A DNA stretch of 64,000 nt from Candidatus Woesebacteria bacterium RIFCSPHIGHO2_01_FULL_39_23 (GCA_001792305.1 MGGH01000023.1:34347-98346); one strand, 5' to 3'. Shown: positions 1 to 9,446, counted from the first letter of the stretch. Notes: generated by a model not told the origin, from the sequence alone. Made by a program: numbers and translations.

Positions 1-792
1 GTCTTTTCCGAGAAAATGATAGGTGTTTAACCAAAATTCTTTGTTGCCATTTATTTCAAGCGATGAAAGGTAGTTTAGAAGAGCTTCTACCCAAACATAA
101 ATAGTTTGATTTTTGTCCCCTGGGAACTCTATACCCCAAGCAACTTTTTCTTTAGGCCTTGAGATACTAATGTCTTCGATTTTAGTCTCTAGTCTTGAGA
201 GAATCTCTGCCCTTTTTCCTTCGGGGATAATTTTGATTTTGTTTTCCGCAATTAACTTTTTGACGGTTGGAGTATATTTGGAAAGTTTAAAAAAATAATT
301 CTCCTCCTCGATTTTCACTACCTGGTCTGGTCTGTGTAGTGGGCAATGTCCCTTTTCATTTAAGTCAGAGAGCGTAAGAAATTTTTCACAACCATTGCAA
401 TACTTTCCATAATATTTAGACTTGTAAACGTCGTTGTTATGGATCAGTTTTTGAATAAACTGTCTGGCAAAATCTTCATGTTTCGAATTAGTGGTTCTTG
501 CAAAGTAGTCGTAGCTAATGTTTGTTTGTTTAAACGCTTTTTCCCATTCAATTGCCCTTTTGTCTACATATTTTTGAAAAGTTTTTAATATATACCCTTC
601 CTTTTTTGCAGCCTGTTCAACTGTGGTTCCATGTTCGTCAAGTCCTGTCGTAAAAAACACGTTGCTCTTTCCAAGTATTAGACGGTATAACCTCGCTATC
701 ACATCAGCTGCCGTGGTGGTTATAAAATGTCCCACATGAGGTGACCCATTAGCATAATAAATTGGTGTAGTAATATAAAATTTCTTGTTCAT
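1..792 (-). CDS. metG: Methionyl-tRNA synthetase, N-terminal ~264 aa; the rest lies beyond the window start
   Basis: Reverse-strand translation from the ATG at 792-790 gives MNKKFYITTPIYYANGSPHVGHFITTTAADVIARLYRL, with the class I HIGH motif (HVGH) and a CPLH..C zinc knuckle. It is absent from the ORF track because it runs off the window edge. Confidence 0.85.
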   Translation of the reverse strand, partial: MNKKFYITTPIYYANGSPHVGHFITTTAADVIARLYRLILGKSNVFFTTGLDEHGTTVEQAAKKEGYILKTFQKYVDKRAIEWEKAFKQTNISYDYFARTTNSKHEDFARQFIQKLIHNNDVYKSKYYGKYCNGCEKFLTLSDLNEKGHCPLHRPDQVVKIEEENYFFKLSKYTPTVKKLIAENKIKIIPEGKRAEILSRLETKIEDISISRPKEKVAWGIEFPGDKNQTIYVWVEALLNYLSSLEINGNKEFWLNTYHFLGKD

Positions 793-823
793 AAGAAACA
801 AACCCCCCAAGAGAGTTCCGCTT

Positions 824-1180
824 TTATTTCAACCTGGTGACCTTTTTTATTCTTTCTGCCCATTTATTGGCCCATTCTTCAGCCTCCATTTTTTTGATTG
901 CGAGCTTGAATCCGGGTTTATTAAGCATTTCAGAAACTACAGCAATAGTTGCGCTTGATACCTTTAAATTGGTTTTAATGTTTTCGTAATTTCTTTTTTT
1001 AGATAACCAATAACCTATTGCAAGTCTTTTGGATAGAAGTGTAAGTTCCGTATCCGTAAAAAAGTCTTTAATAAAAGTGTTTGATTCTTCTGTAGTTTTG
1101 ATATCTGTTATTACTTGAGCAAAAGTTCCCCTAATCTCATCTTCCAAAAACTTACTGAGTTTGATTTTTGCCGTGCGCAT
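824..1180 (-). CDS. TrpR-like YerC/YecD family small DNA-binding protein
   Basis: 118 aa. The segment TDTELTLLSKRLAIGYWLSKKRNYENIKTNLKVSSATIAVVSEM matches the YerC/YecD pattern T..EL..L..RL.IA..L...Y..I....S.ATI..V. Confidence 0.45.
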   Translation of the reverse strand: MRTAKIKLSKFLEDEIRGTFAQVITDIKTTEESNTFIKDFFTDTELTLLSKRLAIGYWLSKKRNYENIKTNLKVSSATIAVVSEMLNKPGFKLAIKKMEAEEWANKWAERIKKVTRLK

Positions 1181-1213
1181 ATTTTTAGTGCTTTAAAAAT
1201 CAAGTGAAGTATA

Positions 1214-1543
1214 TCAGTAAGATTTTCTAAAGTAAAACTCAAGAGCGGTTAATATTCCGACAATTAATATCAAATTCAGCAGGTTTCCGACCCCGACCAG
1301 TCTAAGGATAAGAAAAAAAGTTACAGCAATAGATATCATTAGTCCTCTTCTGGTATTAAGAAGTATGATGGACAGGGTAAATAGCATTGCAAAGAAAAAG
1401 TTAACAATAAAAATAGGGATTGCAAGGTTGTTCTCAGGATTCACAAAGAAAAAAATGTATAAAAGTGAGATCCAGAAGACAACAGTTAATATAAAGCTTA
1501 ACCTTACTTTTTTTTCAGCAACATTTTTACGTCTTAATTTCAT
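1214..1543 (-). CDS. Hypothetical small integral membrane protein
   Basis: 109 aa with about 3 hydrophobic helices and no recognisable family. Confidence 0.35.
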   Translation of the reverse strand: MKLRRKNVAEKKVRLSFILTVVFWISLLYIFFFVNPENNLAIPIFIVNFFFAMLFTLSIILLNTRRGLMISIAVTFFLILRLVGVGNLLNLILIVGILTALEFYFRKSY

Positions 1544-1647
1544 TTCCTTTAATTCTACTTGTTTTGCCGATATAATTTACAAGTGGTTTCAGAACCACTT
1601 GTACAGGCACATATAAAAAAACTGTATAATTAAGTAGCCTGTAAGCA

Positions 1648-2649
1648 ATGAATGAAATTTTTCTTCTGGTATTAATCTTGGTAACATTTTTGGCAGTTGC
1701 ATTTTATATTTCTAAAAAAATTGAAAACTTGAAAGACAACAAAACTCCACCGGAACTGTTGGAAGTAATTAAAATATTGCAGCAATCTTCAGCACAGGAC
1801 AGAAGAGAACTGCTTTCGGCTCTTCAAAAAAATACCAATTCTTTGAATGAAAGACTTGACAGAGCTGCACAGGTAATAAGCGGAGTGCAAAAAAACATCG
1901 GTGAAATGAGTGAAATAGGTCGCTCAATGCGCGAACTTCAAGAATTCTTAAATAGCCCCAAGCTTCGCGGTAACGTAGGTGAACAAGTCTTGAAGGAGCT
2001 TTTAGGTCAGATGTTACCCAAACAGTCATTTCACCTTCAATATACGTTCCGCTCGGGGGAAAAAGTTGACGCTGCGATAAAAACTGCTGCTGGAATAATT
2101 CCGGTCGACAGCAAGTTTCCGATGGAAAACTTCAGAAAGTTTATGGGTGCCAAAGAGGAACAAGAAAAAAAAGATTTCCAAAAGGCATTTGAGAAGGACG
2201 TTAGAAGCCATATTGATTCAATTTCCAAAAAATATATTCTAACAGAAGAGGGTACGATTGATTATGCTTTGATGTATATCCCCAGCGAGGCGGTTTATTA
2301 TGAAGTAGTAAATGATCTATCGCTTTTTGACTACGCGAGCGAAAAACGTGTTTTGCCCGTTTCTCCAACCACATTTTACGCGTACCTTAGAGCAATACTG
2401 ATGAGCTTCGAGGGGCAAAAGATTGAGGATAAAGCAAGGGACATTTTAAGAATGATCAAGGCCATACAAAAAGATTATTCAGGAGTGGAAGACAATTTAA
2501 GTATTCTCCAGAAACACGTAAGTAATTCCTATAACTCCCTTTCAAACGTGCGTGAAGCTTTTTCTCGGCTTGGAGGTAAGATTTCTTCTGTAGCTAAACT
2601 CGATATCAAAGAAAAAAGACTACCATCAAATTCAAATGAAAAGCAATAA
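1648..2649 (+). CDS. rmuC: DNA recombination protein RmuC
   Basis: N-terminal TM helix, coiled-coil region and a C-terminal RmuC-like core (GNVGEQVLKELLGQMLP...). Confidence 0.65.
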   Translation: MNEIFLLVLILVTFLAVAFYISKKIENLKDNKTPPELLEVIKILQQSSAQDRRELLSALQKNTNSLNERLDRAAQVISGVQKNIGEMSEIGRSMRELQEFLNSPKLRGNVGEQVLKELLGQMLPKQSFHLQYTFRSGEKVDAAIKTAAGIIPVDSKFPMENFRKFMGAKEEQEKKDFQKAFEKDVRSHIDSISKKYILTEEGTIDYALMYIPSEAVYYEVVNDLSLFDYASEKRVLPVSPTTFYAYLRAILMSFEGQKIEDKARDILRMIKAIQKDYSGVEDNLSILQKHVSNSYNSLSNVREAFSRLGGKISSVAKLDIKEKRLPSNSNEKQ

Positions 2650-3307
2650 GTATCCTTCTAAATTAATTTTAGTTCCTACACTTTTGATTTTTGTAATCTC
2701 TATACTATTTTTGGCTCTTGCCGGGTTTGATTATGGTAATCTATCGAATTTTGTAACTTCTTACGGAGTTTGGGGGGCAATTGTTTATATTTTGATGGGT
2801 GCCTTAAGCATTGTTGTCGCGCCGACTTCGGTAATTCCGCTTTGGCCTGCAGTTCTTGGTGCATACGGTTTTTGGGGAGCTGTAAGCCTGACTTGGATAA
2901 GCGGGATGATAGGCGCGGCCGCAAATTATTATATTGCAAAGGTTTTTGGTAGACCGGTTGTAAAAAAACTTGTCGGAGAAAAGGCTCTGATAGAAGTCGA
3001 TAGAATTGCCAAAATTGTCGGCTGGAAAGGATTGGTTGTTGTCCGCACAATCGGCAATGCGTCATTTGACTATGCCTCGTATGCTTTTGGTCTAGCAAGG
3101 TTTAATTTCAAAAACTATTTAATTGTTACAGCAGTCACCACGCTATTTTGGGATATGGCTGTTTTTTATTTTTTAAAGAAAGCTATATCTCTGACACTTA
3201 TCCCGTCAATTGCGGTTATGGTAGGAATGTATTTTCTGGCAGTGTTTGTTGGGATAAAAGTCTGGAGGCGTTATATGAATGTTGAGAAAAAGAGCAGAAA
3301 AGAGTAA
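2636..3307 (+). CDS. DedA/TVP38/TMEM64 family membrane protein
   Basis: 223 aa, multi-TM. The glycine-rich segment VAPTSVIPLWPAVLGAYGFWGAVSLTWISGMIGAAANYYIAKVFGRP is typical of the DedA/SNARE-associated family. Confidence 0.55.
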   Translation: MKSNKYPSKLILVPTLLIFVISILFLALAGFDYGNLSNFVTSYGVWGAIVYILMGALSIVVAPTSVIPLWPAVLGAYGFWGAVSLTWISGMIGAAANYYIAKVFGRPVVKKLVGEKALIEVDRIAKIVGWKGLVVVRTIGNASFDYASYAFGLARFNFKNYLIVTAVTTLFWDMAVFYFLKKAISLTLIPSIAVMVGMYFLAVFVGIKVWRRYMNVEKKSRKE

Positions 3308-3376
3308 AAGTTAATCTATATTTATGAAATATAGAGTTTTGGGTAAAACCGGGTTCAAAGTTTCAGAAGTTGGGAT

Positions 3377-4774
3377 GTGGACGCAGTAATTTTTACAATG
3401 ACAAAATTAGTATCTACAAACCCTGCTAAGAATTATGAAGTGATTGGTGCTGTTGATATTTCCACAAAAAGGGAGATAGAAGTAAAAGTGGCCTCCGCAC
3501 AAAAAGCCAAGTTAAAGTGGAAAGAGCTTGGAATTGTAAAAAGGACACAATTTTTAAGACCGGTTTTCAAAGAATTTATGAGGAGACAGAAAGAACTCGC
3601 ACTTCTTATTACCAGAGAAATGGGGAAGCCTATAAGAGAAAGTTTAGATGATATTGATTGGGATAGAGATTATTTCCAGTGGTTTTTGGACAATGGCGAG
3701 AAATATTTATCAGATGAGATAACTCATGAAGACGAGAAATCAGTTCACAAAACAGTATACGAACCTTTAGGTGTTGCGGCAGTAATTGTTCCTTGGAATT
3801 TTCCTTTTGACATGTTTCTTTGGGGAGTAATTCCAAACTTAATTGCCGGTAATACGGTTGTCTTTAAACACTCTGAAGAATGTCCACTAACAGGGAAATT
3901 GATTGAAGAAGTGATGAACAAAAGCGAGTTACCAAGAGGAGTTTTTTCCGAAGTTTATGGCGACGGAAAGGTGGGTGAGATTTTGGTAAACCAAGACATG
4001 GACCTGATCTGGTTTACGGGGAGTACTAAAGTAGGTAGACACATTTACGAGGTTGCCGGCAAGAAATTTATTAAGGCGATTTTGGAGATGGGCGGTTCAA
4101 ATCCGGCAATAGTTTTTGATGATGTAGACATTGATGGAATAATCGACAAAATTTACTCAAAAAGATTTTTGAACTGCGGCCAAACGTGCGACGCATTAAA
4201 AAGATTGATCGTGCACAAGTCGATTTTTGGTAAGGTAGTGGAGAAGTTGAAAAGGCAAGTTGAGTCAAAGGTGGTTGGCGATCCGGAAGATAGAAATACT
4301 GATATGGGAAGCTTGGTAGCCAAAAGGCAGTTGGAATTACTTGAGTCTCAGGTCAAAGACGCGATCCAAAAAGGAGCAAAAATTGTTACTGGTGGAGGAA
4401 GGCCAAAGAATTTAAAGGGTGCTTACTATCTACCCACTATTCTAACTAAAGTTAAAAGAGACATGAGAGTCTGGAAGGAGGAAACTTTTGGTCCGGTATT
4501 GGTTGTAGTTCCTTTTAAAACAGAGAAAGAAGCTATTAGTTTAGCTAACGACACACTTTATGGCTTGGGTGCACAGATTTATTCAAATAATAAAGCACGA
4601 GCAAGAAGAGTTGCTTCAAAAATTGACGCTGGGACAATCGATATCAATAGTGCGAACCACTGGTTGGCTTGTAATCCATTCGGCGGTTTCAAATATTCGG
4701 GAATGGGTCGTGAGCATGGTGAATATGGTTTTCGTGAACTTACTCAAGTAAAAGTTATCGCGGAGGAAAAATGA
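3377..4774 (+). CDS. NAD(P)-dependent aldehyde dehydrogenase family protein. The track start is GTG; the first ATG is at 3398.
   Basis: ALDH hallmarks are present: VPWNFPF, EMGGSNPAIVFDD, and GQTCDALKRL carrying the catalytic Cys. Confidence 0.85.
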   Translation: MDAVIFTMTKLVSTNPAKNYEVIGAVDISTKREIEVKVASAQKAKLKWKELGIVKRTQFLRPVFKEFMRRQKELALLITREMGKPIRESLDDIDWDRDYFQWFLDNGEKYLSDEITHEDEKSVHKTVYEPLGVAAVIVPWNFPFDMFLWGVIPNLIAGNTVVFKHSEECPLTGKLIEEVMNKSELPRGVFSEVYGDGKVGEILVNQDMDLIWFTGSTKVGRHIYEVAGKKFIKAILEMGGSNPAIVFDDVDIDGIIDKIYSKRFLNCGQTCDALKRLIVHKSIFGKVVEKLKRQVESKVVGDPEDRNTDMGSLVAKRQLELLESQVKDAIQKGAKIVTGGGRPKNLKGAYYLPTILTKVKRDMRVWKEETFGPVLVVVPFKTEKEAISLANDTLYGLGAQIYSNNKARARRVASKIDAGTIDINSANHWLACNPFGGFKYSGMGREHGEYGFRELTQVKVIAEEK

Positions 4775-5361
4775 ATAAGGTAAAGGTCCTGGTTGAAGGG
4801 TATGCGAAGATAAATTCTGATGGGACTTGGGATGCGACTTCGAGCACTACGTTTATTGACACTGGAAAGCTCAAAATTGTCGTTGACCCAGGATGTAGTC
4901 GTGAGCTACTTTTGAAAGCTTTGAAAAATGAAAATTTGAAAACAAGCGATATTGACTGCGTGTTTGTAACGCATTATCACCCTGACCACTGTGCTTTGAT
5001 GGGCATATTTGAAAACGCAACAATTTACGATTCTGTCCAATGGCAAAATGGGCCTCTGGGTGGGGATATTGGTGGGCTTCTGCCCGAAACCGATATTGAA
5101 GTCGTTAAGACACCAGGGCATTCGCCTGAACATGCATCACTTGTTGTCAATACCAATGAGGGAAAATATGTTGTAGCTGCGGATGTTTTCTGGTGGAAGG
5201 CGGGTGAAGAGCAGAAGGTAGATATAGAAAAGCCGGATGATTTTGCATCTGATATATCTGCGCTAAAAGAAAATCGCAGGAAAGTTTTGGAAATAGCTGA
5301 CTTTATAATTCCTGGGCACGGAAAGATGTTTAAAGTAGAAAATGAAGGGTTGGGTGAGTAA
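4771..5361 (+). CDS. MBL-fold metallo-hydrolase
   Basis: HxHxDH motif (VTHYHPDHCA). Its start overlaps the ALDH stop (ATGA). Confidence 0.75.
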   Translation: MNKVKVLVEGYAKINSDGTWDATSSTTFIDTGKLKIVVDPGCSRELLLKALKNENLKTSDIDCVFVTHYHPDHCALMGIFENATIYDSVQWQNGPLGGDIGGLLPETDIEVVKTPGHSPEHASLVVNTNEGKYVVAADVFWWKAGEEQKVDIEKPDDFASDISALKENRRKVLEIADFIIPGHGKMFKVENEGLGE

Positions 5362-5401
5362 AGATCTGAATCTAAGAACCCAAAAGGCAACTGTTGGCAG
5401 T

Positions 5402-5899
5402 TTAGGGGCGGGAAGCGATTTTAAGCGCATACTTCGCATAAAACTTCACGTGTTTTTTGAGATTGTACTTTGGATCATCTAAGTCTCTTTCAGTGAACCA
5501 TTTGTGGTTTGTAACAAACTTATCCTTGGAACCTCTAGGGTCAACATCTGTTGTCAAAAAAAATCGATAAGCGACATGCGTATGTTCTTCAGAAACCTGA
5601 TGAATGTCTGTGAAGGTTGGTGTAACTACAGATCTGCTTTTCATGCCTCCCATATCAGAAAAAATATTCTCTTTTGGCAAGCTATTTCTTGGATCTAACA
5701 GTTCTAATTCGCTTTTTTTGATTCCTGTTTCCTCTTCCATTTCTCTGTAAATTGTGGTTTCGGGGTCTTCGTCTTTCTCAATGTGCCCACCAGGCCCAAA
5801 CCACGAATTGTATTTCTTATTAAAAATCAGAAGAACCTTATCATTTTTAATAATGAAACAGTTAATTGTATATTCAAGAACTTTGTTTGTATGAGCCAT
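5402..5899 (-). CDS. NUDIX hydrolase
   Basis: Nudix box GPGGHIEKDEDPETTIYREMEEETGI. Confidence 0.8.
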   Translation of the reverse strand: MAHTNKVLEYTINCFIIKNDKVLLIFNKKYNSWFGPGGHIEKDEDPETTIYREMEEETGIKKSELELLDPRNSLPKENIFSDMGGMKSRSVVTPTFTDIHQVSEEHTHVAYRFFLTTDVDPRGSKDKFVTNHKWFTERDLDDPKYNLKKHVKFYAKYALKIASRP

Positions 5900-5905
5900 G
5901 GATAA

Positions 5906-6160
5906 TTATAATCTAATATTCTTTATATTTGAAACTGCCATCCATGAGGACATTGATCCAAATCCTGATTTGTTAATACTAAATGGTTTTACTTTTTGAG
6001 GATTTTTGAGAAAGACTAGAATGCAGCATTTTTTATCCTTTCGACCACTTTCTATAAGATTCCGGATAAAAAACTTTATTAAGGGCTTTTCAGTTGTATG
6101 TCGAAAATAAACTGGATATTGAGGCCTGTATATTAATTGCTTAAATGGAAAAAGAACATG
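5906..6160 (-). pseudogene. Orphan 3'-terminal fragment paralogous to the ASCH-like gene at 8964..9395, with no start codon
   Basis: The reverse-strand frame is open from the stop at 6163-6161 down to the stop at 5908-5906 without any ATG. It encodes ...KDKKCCILVFLKNPQKVKPFSINKSGFGSMSSWMAVSNIKNIRL*, versus the intact gene's ...KDKKCCILVFLKNPQKVKPFSINKSGFGAMAAWLTVNNINKIKI*. Confidence 0.6.
5964..6040. repeat. Copy 1 of a perfect 77-bp direct repeat (cctgatttgttaatactaaatgg...gcagcattttttatcctt)
   Basis: Identical to 9022..9098 by direct comparison. The flanks show only partial similarity. Confidence 0.9.
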
Positions 6161-6283
6161 TCAAAGATATTTTTTCTTACGATCTAGGATTTGATAAGCT
6201 ATCTGGTATAAACAAGATTGATCCATGATTTTTTTAACAGTTGGCAATTTATTGGTGGCAAATGATGGGCGAATCGGTTCTAA

Positions 6284-7270
6284 TTAATTAGTATTTTTGA
6301 ATAAATCGGGGTTAATTTTCCAATCAGGAGTTGCGTAGTTATCTCCCCAAACCCCTTCACTGTCAACAGAGTTGAAGTAAAAAATAGTCTTTAAAAGTGG
6401 GTATTTTTTACTGCTATTTATTGCGTCAAATAACCAATTTTTCTGGAAATCTTGGTTACCTGTTACACCAAACTCCGCTATTATCACAGATTTATCATAA
6501 TCTTTCACCATGTTGTATCTGTCAGCGAAAATATTATCGAAACTTCTAGCTTTTCCATAATTGTCTATGTCCCACTGGGGATATTCGAAAACTGATAAAC
6601 CAATAAGATCGACGTAATTCCCTCCAGGCCAATAATTGTTGGCGTTAGTATGGCCAACCGGTGACCAAACGAAATAATTTTTCGAATCTATTTGTCTGCA
6701 ACGGTTTACAAAATACCGATATGAAGCGATGTAACTTTCACTATCCTCTTTTGCCCAAGGATACCTTCCTGTCACATTTTCCATTTCGTGACCCCAGCGG
6801 ATAAATACAGGATTTAGTGAGTCTTTGAAATCTAAGCAGACAGCATCAGTAGCTTCATCGTAACTTCCTTTTAGAATATCTTCAAATAAGGTACTAGTTT
6901 GATCAACAGAGCCATCAAAAGTAAACGGCTCCACAGTTACCATAGTCCATCTGTTATTTTTACTTGCCTCATTGAAAAAATTATCTAATTCCCCTTTTTC
7001 GTATTCGTTCCATTTAATAAATTCGTGCACGATTGATATTGTATTGACGGAATCGAAATTGCCGTTCGGGTCATAAACACCGAAATTGATTTTTATGTTT
7101 TTCCAGTCTATGTTGCAGTTCCTTTTTAAAAATTCGAACGGTGAATTACAAAGAATAGATTTATAACCCCAGGTAATACCATTTATTGCGTCGGACCCCC
7201 TAGTAATAATAGCGGATATGGGGAATAAAAAAACTAATAAACTAAAAGTAATAAATAAGTATTTTTTCAT
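6284..7270 (-). CDS. Secreted clan GH-A glycoside hydrolase, GH26-like (beta-mannanase/endo-glycanase type)
   Basis: Signal peptide (MKKYLFITFSLLVFLFPISAI). IRWGHEMEN matches the GH26 acid/base region (R..HEMN), and IIAEFGV is a nucleophile-Glu strand. Overlaps the upstream GT2 gene by 4 nt. Confidence 0.55.
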   Translation of the reverse strand: MKKYLFITFSLLVFLFPISAIITRGSDAINGITWGYKSILCNSPFEFLKRNCNIDWKNIKINFGVYDPNGNFDSVNTISIVHEFIKWNEYEKGELDNFFNEASKNNRWTMVTVEPFTFDGSVDQTSTLFEDILKGSYDEATDAVCLDFKDSLNPVFIRWGHEMENVTGRYPWAKEDSESYIASYRYFVNRCRQIDSKNYFVWSPVGHTNANNYWPGGNYVDLIGLSVFEYPQWDIDNYGKARSFDNIFADRYNMVKDYDKSVIIAEFGVTGNQDFQKNWLFDAINSSKKYPLLKTIFYFNSVDSEGVWGDNYATPDWKINPDLFKNTN

Positions 7271-8853
7271 AATCTGGATTTACGACTAAAAGATTTATTT
7301 TCATTAAAGTGATTTTTTATGATCATAAAGATAGAAATTGTGTAAGTAATAATATTTAATATTACAAAGTACAAATATCCAGAAACCATAGGAGAACCTT
7401 TTGCATATAAGGAAATATATGACAAAAAGATAATAACCAGGTAAGGTGTTAACATGCCTATTTTTAAAGGGCGATTACCAATTTCACCCTTTGAAGTTAC
7501 TTTAAAAGAAACGTCTTTTCTTGAAATACATACAATAATTCCAGAAAGAACACCAAGTAGCACCCAAGGCCATCTAATTAGTTGAAAAACAAACGTTTCC
7601 CACGAGATAAATTTTGAATTGGATGGTCTAAGCCATCCCCTATTTTTGATCCAAATTATTATGCTAAGTGTAATAATGGAAAGGATCCATGTGTAAAAAC
7701 TGAAAGCGATGTAGGTCACATTGACCCATGGCTTGTTTGTAACCAAAGCAATTATAGGTAGGCTGTACGCAAAAACTATTGTTGTAGAAAACAGAGGATA
7801 CCATAATTCAGAGAACAGAAATTGCAGTTTAAAGCGCGAAGGTAGATTTTTAAGGTATTTAGGAGTTACTGTCAGCAATATTATAATTAGACTCCTGGTC
7901 CATTGGAATTCTTGAAACATACTATCTGTAAAACTTTCTGCTCCGTCACCGTGGGCAATTGCATCTGTTGCGTGGATTCCACGCCACTTGTTCGCGTTCA
8001 TCATAAGTGTTGTTGTATGGTCTTCAGCCAATTCAGGCCCCAAACCTCCAATTTCTTTTAAAGCTTTTGTGCGCACGGCGTAGTGCGACCCGATGCAAAG
8101 AGGTGCCCAGCCGGCATTATACCCAGACTGTAGGGGTCCGTGCAGGGTGGCTTCAGCATATAGCCTTGCCCTTGCTGCCCAGCTTTTCTTTGCATTTGCG
8201 TCGCAAATGCTTGGAGCAGATACATATCCTACTGCCGGGTCTGCAAACGGTCTTAGCATCTCTTCTAAATAACCGGCTTCCGGTACGTGGTCGGCATCCA
8301 TTTGGATTACGAATTCGTAGCGGTAATAGCCGTAATTATCGTAAAAGTAGGCAAGATTGCCTTCTTTGCATTTTGTTTTTCTTGGCCACTTTGGGCGATG
8401 ATATTCTACAGCCCCCTTTCTGGTTGAAACAAAAACTCCATTTCGCTTGCACCACTGGTAGACTTCTTCTGTCGGGTCTTCGTCTGCAAGCCAGGTATCG
8501 TGTGCGTATTTCTGGGAAAGCATAGCTGAAAGCGTCTTTTTGACAACTTCAAAAGGTTCGGATGGGGCTTTTGTAACAACCATGGCTACCAATAGCCCTT
8601 TGGGTATAGGTAGTTTGGGATTGGGTTTTTTCATTTTGGCCACAAAGAAGAAAAAATATGCAGGCATCATCATATTCCAGGCAATCAAGGTGCTGTTTAA
8701 CACAAATCCCAGTCTTCCTACAACATGGCTTTCGTCCAGCCACCATATCCAAAAAACAGCTGCGAAGATAAGCCACAGTGCAAATAAAACGTTAAAGAAT
8801 ACCTTTTGTCTTTGTGTCATTATATCGACCAGATATGGGATACTAATATTCAT
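7267..8853 (-). CDS. Processive family-2 glycosyltransferase, cellulose-synthase-like (BcsA/Csl-type), integral membrane
   Basis: N-terminal TM helices, then LADEDP (D,D), KEGNLAYF (KAG-like), QMDADH (DxD), GPELAEDH (TED-like), QEFQWTRS (Q..RW-like), and about 6 C-terminal TM helices. Confidence 0.6.
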   Translation of the reverse strand: MNISIPYLVDIMTQRQKVFFNVLFALWLIFAAVFWIWWLDESHVVGRLGFVLNSTLIAWNMMMPAYFFFFVAKMKKPNPKLPIPKGLLVAMVVTKAPSEPFEVVKKTLSAMLSQKYAHDTWLADEDPTEEVYQWCKRNGVFVSTRKGAVEYHRPKWPRKTKCKEGNLAYFYDNYGYYRYEFVIQMDADHVPEAGYLEEMLRPFADPAVGYVSAPSICDANAKKSWAARARLYAEATLHGPLQSGYNAGWAPLCIGSHYAVRTKALKEIGGLGPELAEDHTTTLMMNANKWRGIHATDAIAHGDGAESFTDSMFQEFQWTRSLIIILLTVTPKYLKNLPSRFKLQFLFSELWYPLFSTTIVFAYSLPIIALVTNKPWVNVTYIAFSFYTWILSIITLSIIIWIKNRGWLRPSNSKFISWETFVFQLIRWPWVLLGVLSGIIVCISRKDVSFKVTSKGEIGNRPLKIGMLTPYLVIIFLSYISLYAKGSPMVSGYLYFVILNIITYTISIFMIIKNHFNENKSFSRKSRL

Positions 8854-8963
8854 AGAGAAGCAAGAATTATAGAGTATTTAGGGAAACTAAGTCAATCGTG
8901 ATAAGTTGATGCTTATCGATTATACGGTGCTACGTTTAGAATATATTTAAGACTATGTTTGGA

Positions 8964-9395
8964 TCATATCTTAATTTTGTTGATGTTGTTGACTGTAAGC
9001 CACGCAGCCATTGCGCCGAAGCCTGATTTGTTAATACTAAATGGTTTTACTTTTTGAGGATTTTTGAGAAAGACTAGAATGCAGCATTTTTTATCCTTAA
9101 ATAATTTGTAGTAATAATCAATCTTATTTTTCTCAATTCCGTCTGGTCTGTGGAATTTGTTTAATAATTCTTCTACTCTTCGCGGATTTAATTTATCAAA
9201 TTGTAAAACTTTGGATACCTTCGCTTTTACAACAATAAGTTCCCCGGAGTTTTTGAAATAAACAGTGTCACTTGCCTTTACTTTGTCCCAAGGAGCAGAC
9301 TTGTTCTTAAGCCAGCGAGACTCGATATTTTTTGTACCATTGAGGATTTTGGGAATGAGGCCCCAAGATTTTTTCATTATTGCCAGATGATCCAT
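8964..9395 (-). CDS. ASCH/PUA-like domain protein
   Basis: 143 aa. MKKSWGLIPKILNGTKNIESRW...DTVYF...GELIVVKAKV resembles ASCH-domain proteins. The last ~45 codons contain repeat copy 2. Confidence 0.4.
   Translation of the reverse strand: MDHLAIMKKSWGLIPKILNGTKNIESRWLKNKSAPWDKVKASDTVYFKNSGELIVVKAKVSKVLQFDKLNPRRVEELLNKFHRPDGIEKNKIDYYYKLFKDKKCCILVFLKNPQKVKPFSINKSGFGAMAAWLTVNNINKIKI
9022..9098. repeat. Copy 2 of the perfect 77-bp direct repeat
   Basis: Identical to 5964..6040. Lies inside the 3' end of the ASCH-like CDS. Confidence 0.9.
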
Positions 9396-9446
9396 GTTTT
9401 ATGATATGTTTTTCCGAGTGAAAAATGAATTCCCCTATAAAATTAC

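Noticed and set aside
113-298. 61-aa forward-strand ORF
   Set aside because: It lies antisense inside the clearly coding metG reverse-strand frame, so it is a shadow ORF.
8007-8525. 172-aa forward-strand ORF rich in Arg/Leu
   Set aside because: It is antisense within the GT2 synthase gene, with no motifs.
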